A stretch of 54,490 nucleotides of DNA, the filler included, from Sluysia triapertura (Eukaryota), in the NCBI GenBank assembly GCA_046118255.1. It is 3 parts of 3 records of this genome, joined end to end, with 100 filler letters (N's around TTAATTAATTAA, not from the genome) between each part and the next. Parts side by side here need not be neighbours in the genome. Positions count along the whole stretch, not along the records: positions 38,412 to 54,490 come from JBJNIA010211032.1; 2 more parts are not named here. One strand, written 5' to 3'. The position numbers and the translations under genes are program-made. Every line of letters starts with the position of its first letter. Position 1 is the first letter of the stretch. This document shows positions 39,050-50,700 of this stretch, piece by piece. The notes beneath the pieces were generated by a model that saw only the letters and a program-made list of their open reading frames with translations, was not told the origin of the DNA and searched no databases.

Positions 39050-40374
39050 GGGAGTCTCCCACTAAGCAATAATAAAATTCTGTAAAAACAAAAATAAATT
39101 CAATATTTTGAAATCAATTGTGAAGGGAGTCTCCCACTAAAATTATTTTCAATTACCTAAAAATCAAAATATTTTAAAAATAAATTGGGCAATCTCAACA
39201 TAACTTATTCTCGACAAAAATGTCTGACCTCAGACATTAGAACCTCAATCATATTGTTCAATCGAACACAAAAATTCAAATCCCTAAAGACCTAGTAATA
39301 TACCAACCATAACGCCCATTACTGGGTTTGAGACGCTAAACAAAACGATGTGAACAAATTCCATATAGTGCCTCATTAACTACACCAAAAAAATTAATGG
39401 TTCCGTAATTTTCTCCACATCGTCAACATCGAAGACGAAGACTGATTAATATGCTGAAGACATTCCTAGTTATGAATTTAATTGTACAGTCTGAAGTATT
39501 ATTGAGAATTTTATTAAACGTAAATTAACTTTTTAAAATACTTTACAAGTTGGTTTATGGAGTAATAAATGTTAATAAAATCTTATTATATAAGCAAAAT
39601 AATATACCTTATTTTTAAAAAAATTGTAGATAATGTTCTTCGTGTAATCGAAATTTATGAATTAAGTTTACCTACATATTAAATTTACTAATCCGTAATA
39701 TATTTAAATTATTAATTTTTAAAATTATTAATTTTAAATTTTAAAATAAAATATTTTGTTAATATTTTAAAATTATATTTAATTCATAAAATTTATTTGC
39801 AATTTTTCAAAAAAATCCAAAACTGACTCTGTAAAGGTCAGTTACAAAAATATAGCACCAATGAGTGTTAAGCACAGAAAGCAATTTCAGTTTCATGCTT
39901 TGATGCAACATCTATCAACTTATTTCAGGTAAGTAATTTTATTGATTTTTAAATTCGTTAAATTTTAGATACCAAATTTTAAATTTAAAATTTTGGATTA
40001 TTTTTTAAAACACAATTGTAAATTTATTAAAGGTTATTTTGTATCTTTTAGATTTAATATTGATAAAGATTTAGTGCTTTAGGAAGAATAAAGAATTGGA
40101 AATTCAAGAAATTTGTAGCAGTTATGATATTCTTGTTATGTTTATTAGCATAAATGGTACAGTTATTAATTTTTTATATATACATCTATCAATTTATTTC
40201 AACAATGTTTATAATGTTCAATCCATTACTTGTATCAGTTTTTCTGTCATTTTATGATTTTATATGTTTTCATTCATCTCCGGATCCACAATTGGGCAAA
40301 GTGTCTCCCTCTAAAATTATCTTCAATTACCTAAAAATCAAAGTATTTTAAAAATAAATTAGGCAATCTCAACA
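39050..40374. repeat. Dispersed repeats with palindromic core GGGAGTCTCCC
   Basis: GGGAGTCTCCCACTAA at 39050 and 39125. 39129-39200 recurs with a few mismatches at 40303-40374. Confidence 0.88.
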
Positions 40375-41934
40375 AAATGAGCAATTTAAGACGAAATTAT
40401 TAAAAACTTTAAATAAAATAGTTTGATTAATAAAGTTTATTATTTATTCACAAGATCTTAGATAGCAAAAATTAGAGATAGAGATTTAATGCAATTTAAT
40501 CAAATTAATCGATTACATCTCACAGTAAGAATTATTTGATGTAAAGTTTTTGTTAACAAAAGTTGTACAGACAAGATTATGAAAACAGTAATTGAGTTGC
40601 TTGTGTATTCAATAATTCTATTTATACTAATTTCAACAGTTTTAAGGTGTTAACCTTAATTTAACTGATTTGTATTAATAATGTTTAATGAATAATTTAA
40701 TCAATTATTAAAGTATAATAATATATTTAGAGAGCAATAAAATTACAATACGTATAATTCGTAAAAATAGATAATAATAATATTAATATTAAAATAATGT
40801 AACTTTAATAATATAATTTTAATATCGTAATAAAATGACAAATAACATGCAATAATAATAATAATTTAATATTAATAATAATAATCTTCAAAAATTATAA
40901 TAGTATAACTATTTTATTATTTTATTTCATAATTTATTTGAATTAAAATTAATAACACAATTGAAATTTATACAAAATGTAAAATTGAAATGTATAAAAT
41001 TTGCAGAATAATTATTTAATACTTATGTTTCATCATCACCATCATTACAAATGTAACCCCTAACAAAATTAGTAAACAATCCTTGATTTCAATGTGTAAA
41101 ATGACTGTAATCTTGCCAAATATTTAATTACTAAATTAATGATTAAAAAGAATTTATTAATTTATAATAGTGGTACAAGAGCCCATCTTCCGTTAGTCTT
41201 TTAGATGATTTTGATAAACATAAAACAGTAAATAAAGTTGGTTCATATTAAACTAATTTAACGAATTTAGCACCAACTTTTATTTGATCAATGACTAGAA
41301 ACTTATTATGTATTCTTGAAATATTATCAAAGTGATTCAACAATATGTCACCATCAATTTCTGTATTTGTAATATCATTATGACAGACAAATCAAGATTA
41401 TTAACATTACTGATATCAGAGAACCATAGGTTTGATTATTTCGCATTAAATCATAATTGTTCACTTTATATATAATAGTTGTTAATAGTACCATTTATTG
41501 CCATGATACTAATAATTATAATGATAGTACATAATAATAGTAAAAATTACAATAATAATAATCATATGATGATGATGATGGTAATAAATAAAGCATAAAA
41601 TTTTTTAAATTTTTTAGTCTTTCACTTTTATTTTTTTAATTGATTTCGATTTATCAATTTCATTAGATTATACTAGATTAAAGAAATATTTTCAGCCAAA
41701 TCCAATTCAATCTTTAATTTATAATATTTTAATTTTAATTGTTTCAATGATTCATGCAATACTTTTTGACGATATCTTTTTACTAATAATATGAGTTCTG
41801 TAATATTTTTTTTGCTAAGCATAATCTTATAAAATAATTTCAATCTTTTTTTCGTGGAACTATTGTCTTTATTTAAAACACAATTGTAAATTTATTAAAG
41901 GTTATTTTGTATCTTTTAGATTTAATATTGATAA
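40004..41934. repeat. Identical 63-bp direct repeat (40004-40066 and 41872-41934)
   Basis: TTTAAAACACAATTGTAAATTTATTAAAGGTTATTTTGTATCTTTTAGATTTAATATTGATAA read at both sites. Confidence 0.92.
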
Positions 41935-42837
41935 CTTAATAGCTAAATTAATTTAACTTGAAATCTTACTGAGTTTATTAATTGTTAAAATCTAGTACAA
42001 ATTATCACATATTTATCACAAATTTATCTACGATACATATCAATTTATTATTTTAAATTTTATCTCATTATAATATCAAAAGCTTGTAACTTTACGACAT
42101 CTTAACCATTAATTCCATCATAAATCATTAAATTTTTAATTTAAATTCAAAATATAATAGTAATTTAAATGGAATCTATCTTAACATCTCCAACTTAATT
42201 AATTTCTTTTTATGTTTTTATTTTATTATAACATGTAATTTTCCTTCAAGAAACATACAATTTCATAATTTAGTAATATTTTAAAGGAAAATGAAATATT
42301 TTTATAGATTTGAAATAAGAAAAGAATTACATCAAGAAAGATGAAATTTATGTATTTTTTTTAATTTTATTTTATAATCATTATTATTGTCAGTATTAAT
42401 TACTATTATTATTATTATTATCATCATCATCATCACTGTCACTACTAATTATTTTTATGACAGTTATTCAATCGCCAATGTCATTTTTGTTGTCAGTTAA
42501 TTTATTTTCTGTCATCGTCTGACAGATTTAATTGTATCAAAAATGTATATCTTAATTCTATGCAGCAACAAAATTGTTACTTTCATTGGTTGTTGAGATT
42601 TGCAAGAGACTCAATTATAGTTTGCTAGAATTTTATGATTTGCACAATTAATGAATTATATAATAAAAATTTGTACACAATTTAGTTTAAACCACAATTT
42701 TTATTAGAATGATATCAGCAATTATTTCATTTTATTTTAGTACAACTCAATTAATAATCCTGAATTACTTATTTTAGTATTTAAAAATTATATATTTTAT
42801 TTTATCCTTGCCATTTAGTACATTAAAGTTAATAATA

Positions 42838-43931
42838 ATGAAGTTCAATGATCAAATTTTTAATGTATTTAAATATTCCGATAATCAGTTTTATGCAACA
42901 ATATATTGATCCGATAAGTTGGAGTAAAGAAATCGGTTATTTATCTGGTTCCATGCTAAAAATTAAGTCATGATCAAGCTAATCGACTGATGAATATGAT
43001 TTTAAACAAAATGAAAATTTTAATAACTTTTGAACCTAGTACTGTTGATAATGATTTCCTAGACTCATTTATTCTAATTTAACTCTGAAGTATATCATTT
43101 CTGAAATGAAACAGTTTAAATGATGAATATGTTATAGTAGAAAACATCAGATTGATCAGAGGTGTACCTACTTACATAATCGGTGCTATTAATTCTCAAT
43201 TTCTAAATTCTCATGTTCTTCGAAATACTAGTTTATTTGACCTCGAGTTTAACATTAATGTCTTAAGTCAAGAAAATTTCATACATTTACCTTAGCTTGA
43301 TGATTTTCGACAATCGTTCAATGATAACAATAGATAGATCGAATTATTAACTACCGAAACATATAAAAACGAGTAATCTTTCCAAGTTTTTAGTATTTCT
43401 GAACCTTTCATAGACAGGTCATGCGAAGAGATTCCCAATGATTTTGAGGAATTACTTTCCTTGAATTGTGTAGAAAAATTTAATTATCATTCTAATCAAA
43501 ATACAGCACATACAGAACCTCCTCATTATCTACGTTACTATGAAACTTGTCAATGTATTTTTGGTACTTAAGATCCTGGTTAGTGCCTTATGTATGGTAA
43601 AGGTTGTATATGTTCTCATGACAAGATATTCAATGATCATTCCGAACGTATTACTAACTTATTATCTACATTAAAATTAAAATGGACTCAAACAATTTCT
43701 CCGATCAATGGCCAAACATTTCAAAATGATCCATGTACTCGTATATTTGAGAATACTGCATTCAATATAAAAGATCAAAATTTTTTTATTAAGGTAAATC
43801 ATACTTTACAACGTTTATTACATTGCCATGATCATATTTTAATTTTTTTAAGAATTCTATTTAGTGTACGGACCATAGCATTTTCGAAGATCAATAAACA
43901 TTTATTACGCAGATTTCGTGTCCATAAATGA
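42838..43931 (+). pseudogene. Decayed intronless ORF with a CCCH zinc finger
   Basis: One frame from 43110 to 43931 has only five internal stops (43293, 43335, 43374, 43569, 43581). It contains RYYETCQC-IFGT*DPG*-C-LMYGKG-C-ICS-H (finger 43554-43619). The 5' boundary is approximate. Confidence 0.65.
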
Positions 43932-44629
43932 ATTTTTATAAAAATTTTGATAACTTCATTTAATAAATGTCTTACATGTTATTTTTATATTTTCTTGGAT
44001 GAATATATAATTAAGAGAATTAATAAAGTAAAGAATTTTTTTCAAAAATACGAAATGATTTTTAGTAATCTCACATATAATTTTAAAGTATATTTTATAT
44101 CTCTAAATTAAAGATTCCTTATTACTATTAAACCTATTTTAATTCTTTCACTAAAATTTAAAACGTAATAAAATCAGAAGATACAAATTTAATTACATTC
44201 AATACAAGGCAGTAAAAGTGAATAATTTCAATCAAGTTTTCAAAATTATATTCTATTACTATTATCAATCTAAAATTCGAAAATGTTGAAGACTACTGTC
44301 ATCTAGCAGTAATTTAAAATAAAATAAGAAAAATGAACAAAATATTGTTAACACAAATAAAATTAATGACAAAACAAAAATTAAATTATTTACTTGGCAA
44401 AAAGTGATTCTATATAATTTTATCAATAAATAAATATATGAAGGGTCTTAAAAACAATTATGAATTTTAATGTAACTTCAAAAATTTAATAATTTCGACA
44501 ATTAAATTAATCTGTAATCTCAATTTATATTTTTTAATATTGCAAGATTTACGCGAGATTTTATATTAAAAATGTAATTAGTGAGTCTCCAACAAAACAA
44601 TTATAATATATTATTGAAGTTCAATTGAT

Positions 44630-46195
44630 ATTTCTTTATTAATTAATTTTGATATCATATTAAGCGGTTCACTAAGTGTATTTTCTCTTTCATTAATAAT
44701 ATTTTTCGTCCTCGTACTAATTTTCTTGTCAATAAAGTTTAAAACTTTATCTAACTTTCTTTAGTTATTAAGGCCTTTATTACATTGAAATATAACATTT
44801 TAAGCCTTTCCTTATTAATACCTTCATTAATTTGTTTCGTAATAATGGCTTTATGTTGTCCACTATCTCTGTAGTCACTTATATCTGTATTTTTATATTC
44901 TTTTATTGATTATCTTTGATAGCGCAACTTCATATTCTTTTAATTCGGGTAATAGTGCTTTATATTTGTCGAAATTAGAGAACTTGTTTGACGGTAATGC
45001 ATAAACTATGTTTTGTGTATTTAATGTTTCTTTTATAAGCAATTTTTCTTAAATCAATGGGTTTTCTATGCATTGGATTTGAAGTTATTATTTCATCATT
45101 ATCTTTGTTTTTTCTAGATCTACCTGGTTTTCTTTTAAATGTAGTAGTTTCTTTATCTTCAGTTTCTACATGTGGGTTTTTATTTAAATCTACTATATAG
45201 TCGGGTTTTTCTTCAGTTTCTTTAATTACATCATTATCATTAGTAATATCTAATTTTGCTAATATTCATGTAATTTTTATTATTTTCGTTGTAGTTATCT
45301 CCCATTAATTCTTTTAGTAATAATCGTGGAGTTTTATCTAAATCATCTGAAGGTTTAGTGTATGCCATAATAATTGCGGAAGTCATTGATGCTTTATGGT
45401 TTCCATTCATTGATGGATAACTGTAATCATTTATAAAAACATTGTGTAATAATTTCCTATCATAGAAATATAAATAACATCAATTATAGTTGAATCATTC
45501 GACTTAAGAAATTCTATATCTTTTACTGTTAAAATTATAGGGAGTTCCATAGTAATATTTAAAGCATTATTATAATTATACTTATTTTCATTAAATCTTG
45601 AGGATTATTTTCTCTTTCTTTTTATCCTATTTTTTGTAGTAATTTTCTTGCCTTTTTATATAAACTGTCTTTTTTACTTAAATAGCTGATATTAATTTAA
45701 AAACATATCCATTGTTTATGCTGATTTCTGAATTCAGTAATTCATCCAAATTTTCATTTAATTTTCTAGAATTTGCTATACCAGTTTCCATGTCTAATAT
45801 AAATTCTTCAATCTTTACATTAATTTTTTAATTTTCATTTCAGGGTTATCAATTTTTCTGTTAGCCGATAATATTATTGGTTCCATTTCTTCTGTGGCAT
45901 TATATTGCGCATCTTCCATATCCATTTCTCTGCTTGTTTCATCTGTTTCTTTGTAGTTATTTTCAATATTTGTTTCAACTTCTTGGTCATCACTACAGTT
46001 AGATTCTTCATTACAATTTCCATCATTGCTTTTGTTTTCTTAGTCCAAATCTCTGAATTAGTGGATTTTGTGTTTGATTCGATTTCCTCATCTAATTCTT
46101 TATAAACTTTTTTAACTGGTTCAATTTCTTTTATTTTACATTCTCATTTATCAATTATTTCATGAATTCTTTTTTTTATTTTCGTTTGTGATTAT
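44630..46195 (-). pseudogene. Decayed long intronless ORF, E/K/N-rich, with AT-hook-like motif
   Basis: Successive protein-like stretches joined by frameshifts: IKEIEPVKKVYKELDEEIESN, NCNEESNCSDDQEVETNIE, KIEEFILDMETG, FKRKPGRSRKNK, PIDLRKIAYKRNIK, KYKALLPELKEYEVALSK. No splice signals needed to join them. Confidence 0.6.
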
Positions 46196-47917
46196 TTATT
46201 TTATTATTTTTCTGCCGATAAAATCGGTTTCAACTAAATCCAAAATTTATTAAACTTAAGTAAAGATATTACTACCGAATATAAAATCGGTACCTTAAAA
46301 GCAATATGAATTTTTAAGTTTTTTGATAAATAATAAATTCCTGAATTAATCTATATTTACCAAATACAATAATATCATTGGATATACAATTTTAAAGTAC
46401 AATTAAAAATAAGTTATAATATAAAGTTAACAGATTAATGTATAATCTTTTTAGAAATTTTAAAAATAATTTGCTTTAAAATATCTTTTTAATTATTCAA
46501 TTAATTTTTAGTGTATTTTACTGTTCTTTATTAAACAAATAATCTAAATGAAAATTAATTAACCACTATTTCAAAGAACTGTGCAAAGAAAATTGTTTCC
46601 AAAATTATAATTAAAATTCTCCACGGAACACAATATGAACAAATTTAATATAGATGAAATTTCTTCATCGAAAAACGAAATACTTGTATACAAATTTTTG
46701 GATATTTTTATTTGTTTTGGACACAATTACTGTGCTTTATATATTAATTTTACAATGACCTTGCTCTTAATTAAAACAAAATCATTTAAAAGTTATTATT
46801 TTACTAAAATTAATTTATTAAAATTATTATTGTATTTATATTAATTCATTAAAATTATTACTTTATTAATTTAATAAAATCAATAATAATAATACCATAA
46901 AATTTTGAACAATCAAACAATATGCTAATATACTATTTTTAGTAAAAATCAATTGTGAATATTGACAATATATTAGAAAAACTATAGATTATTCACTAAG
47001 TGATGAGATGTATTAGTTACAACGCAAATATATTTTTCAGTTAACTAAAAATTAAATAGAAAATCACCCAAAAAATTATTTTAGTTATTGATAATTAAAA
47101 TAATAAAATTATAAAGTAAATTCAAAAAATTTTACTCGTTTCTTGGATTTTCTGTCATCAAAATTTTTAAAGCTATTCTTTATACTTTCTCATAATCCAA
47201 GCAATCCTGAGTTTCACAATCAAACTTTCATACAAAACCAATGAGAATAAGACCGATAACAACAATTTTGACAATTATTTGCTATGGTCTGATATTAATA
47301 TTATTATTATTTGATTTTAATATTAATGAATATTATATTTAAGAATAAAAAAATGTAATAAATAAAATTATTAATTATTGATTCTAATAAATTTATTTTA
47401 ATTTAATATCCTAAATTCAATATGAAATTTTTTTGTTTTAATTTAATATTTTATCAACAAACAAAATGGAAGCTAGGTAAGAATTAGAATTAAGTATATA
47501 AACCAAAAATTTTTAGGAAAAGCACACAAGTGAAAATTTGGAATTGAAAGTTAAAGATCACGGAAGCAAATAGTCAGAAGATTTTTAATTAAGGAAACAG
47601 TTCATCGAATTGCATGCAAAAGTAATTTCTTAATAAGTAAGATTTCATAAAATCCTAATTGTAACAAAATCGGATGAGTTAAAATAGACTCAAAATCTCA
47701 CTTTGAATTTGTAACATAAAATCCGGATTTTAATATCCTAAGCCTTAAGCTTAAGGAAGTAAAATCATTATTATTATATTTTTATTTGAAAGTTTGTATA
47801 AAATTTTCTTTATTCCAGATAATAAAAGTTTATAAAGTTTATTCATTATTTGTTAAAATCATTTACGATTTAATCTGACCGTAAAAAGACTGACTTAATC
47901 TTTAAATTATTTGAATA

Positions 47918-49620
47918 TTTGGTAGCCCGTAAAAAGGCTGTCTTAATATACTAATAAAGTTGATTTTTTGCTAAGAGCTAGCTTAGATAAAGTCGATAAC
48001 TGCATCACATTCTCCTTTGTCAAATTTAATAAGTCTAATTAGACCGTCGTCAGTTAATGACATAAATCGTATTTACTTAGCCGAACTCTTCTCCAGATGT
48101 TAACCATTTTTCTAAGTAGGTATTTTTAAGGTAGAACCTTCGCAAATTTAATCAAGAAAACTAAAACCCGAATTATATAAAAAAGGTGATTTAATTATGT
48201 TATATACACCATTACATGAAAAAGGAATAAGTGCTAAATTATATAAACCTTATGATGGTCCCTATGTGGTGCATGTTTTACCGAGCAAAATTTAAAAATT
48301 CGAAGACATAGAAAACGCAATGTGCCTACTATTACGGTACACAAAAATCAATGTAAAAAAATTCTACTTCCCGACAAAACATAATTTACGAAGAACAGAC
48401 ATCAATAATAAGAATGAAAACAAACGATTTGCAAATATCTCAATCTAATATATTTCTGACTTCTGCATTAATAATAACATTATGATGCTGTTTAATAACT
48501 ATTACATCCTCTACAAGCGTTGATCCAGCCAATAATAAGGTTCAGTTATGGAAAATCTGGACTTTTTAATATTATAGTGGAACCATCAGAGCATTTTTTG
48601 AAAATATCGTATCTAAAGTATGTACAAATGAGAATGAAATTCATCCCGCTAAATATAAAAGAAGCAATCACAAATACATATGTTCAGGACTTATCCCAAA
48701 TAAAGTTTACAATGTAATAAACCTTAAATATAATAAAGCAAATATCTAGGGCCTAATCCATATTACACACACCTATTTTCACTAAAATTGAAAAATTTGA
48801 ATCTGGAGAACTTGTAAAATGACTTAGCATTACAACAGCGAGTTATTTTAAGTCGAACAATTTTTTAATGAAATAATGTTTAGTTATATAGATGAACAAA
48901 ACTGTATAATTATCTTACCAAACAAAACAGATAAGATTCATGAAGTAAGAAAAGTAATATTTTCAATTAAACCATACAATCAAAATCATTCTGCCATTAT
49001 TAGACAATTTAGTCGTTCAAAATATTTTAGTAGGCAAATTTTTGAAGGAAGACGCCAGAAATTAGGAGACAAATATGCATCAATGAAGATGTGTTCAAAA
49101 TGGACTAAACAAGTCATGTTTTCGCTTGACTATTTACCAAAATAATAAAAGTAAACATTTCTGCTATAAATACCACTATAAAATACTCTAAAAATTATAA
49201 TAAATATATATTTAATATATCAAATAGCACAAGTACAGGTGGCCCAGAACAAAAGTCTACTTTGCGGTGTACTATGCCCCCAGATCAATATATTATTATT
49301 ATTTCGGAGTCCTGCATTATAATTGTTTTAATAATTGTTCATATTGCAGATTGTCTAATTATGCATAAATCGCGTCAGTCTATGATTAATTTATTGGAAG
49401 ATAAGAGTTTGCAAACAACTGCACGATTTCCGGAATATCACATAACTAATAATATAGTATCATAAGATATTATCGAACTGAATTAAATTATTAAGTCATT
49501 AACTGCACTGTCGTCATTATTTTAATAATAGGAAACAATAATTCTTAATGATTATATGATTATCATTTATTTTATAATTTTATTTTCACTTTTCATAAAA
49601 GAAAGGGTGGCGTTATTAGA
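47918..49620 (+). mobile_element. Internally deleted Gypsy-type LTR element with integrase C-terminus and possible env-like ORF
   Basis: PBS-like TGGTAGCCCGTA at about 47920. KGDLIMLYTP...KGISAKLYKPYDGPYVV (GPY/F motif, about 48182-48270). Broken downstream ORFs end in a hydrophobic stretch (IIIISESCIIIVLIIV). Purine tract AAAAGAAAGGGTGG at about 49597-49610. Confidence 0.72.
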
Positions 49621-49929
49621 CTATTTTATTCGTTACTTTTATCGTGGATTATTTTTATTATTTAGTTTTTCATCACTAATATTTTATCATTGATTTAATG
49701 TTCGGAATATTAAGCTCAAATATAATTGTTAAATTTAATAAGTTTATAAAAACATTCTTCAAAACGTTCTTCAATATGATAATGTAATTAAAATACCAAA
49801 TTTAATAAGATTTAATAACAGAAATGAACCTTGATTTTGATTAACGATAATCCGAAATATTTTTGCAACGTAACACTGAAACATTTATCATATGCTATAG
49901 AGATTCAAGTTTATTCAGTAAATAATGGA

Positions 49930-50700
49930 ATAAATGTCCAGACTGCAGAAAGAATTTATATTGTAAGACAACATCAAACACTAAATCTTAAGTTTTGCTA
50001 GAAATCATTATTTCTTACACTCCCTAATAAACAATCAATTATGTGCTCAGAATTATATAAGAAAAGACCATTTAATTATATTGATATTCCCTATAATAAA
50101 ACTATAATACCTGAAGATAGAATATTGCAAATAGGTAGTAACGATTGGTATTTTTAGATGCTGAATTTGTTTAAATAGAACACAAGAAACTAGGATTAGC
50201 CAGTGTAGCGATAATAAATTGTGAAGAACAAGACCTGTTTATTACTAAATCTACTCCCCGAAATCATGTGACAAATTACAATACTAACATTACCAATTTT
50301 ACTGAAACAGATTTGATTAATCATATAGACAACGAGCTGTTATCACTTATATAGAATTATTGTTAAAAGGAAAAATACTCCAAGGACATAGACTGGATAA
50401 TGATTTAATGGTTTTGGAGATAAATAAAAATAATTTATATGGTTTGACTGATTTGGCAGCTAACAAACAATTATTGAAAAGATTTAAGCATCCAGGTCCA
50501 AAGATTGCACTAGAGAGTGGTAAAATGAGTATTTCGACAAGATATATACATAAATAGCCATGACAGTCTTCAAGATATTCAAACTTTTATTAAATAAAAA
50601 AATGAATACGGTATTATCAAAAAAATAAAAGAAAGAATATAATGAATGTTTCGGTAAAGTGATAACTAAAGAACTTAATAATTTTTTGACCGCTAAGTAT
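49930..50700 (+). mobile_element. Probable further Gypsy pol relic
   Basis: Broken protein-like frames (LGLASVAIINCEEQDLFITK; ORF 50360-50557 followed by an HDS resembling the start of the integrase zinc-binding region). No catalytic motif retained. Confidence 0.35.

Noticed and set aside
39050-39140. CRISPR-like repeat-spacer arrangement
   Set aside because: Only two adjacent 16-bp copies, eukaryotic context and no cas genes.
45905-46105. Hydrophobic 66-aa plus ORF
   Set aside because: Antisense shadow of the E/K-rich minus-strand fossil ORF.
44630-46195. Assignment of the fossil ORFs to Maverick/Polinton
   Set aside because: A KKARKLLQKI stretch was suggestive, but no polymerase B, ATPase, protease, capsid or long TIR was recognised.
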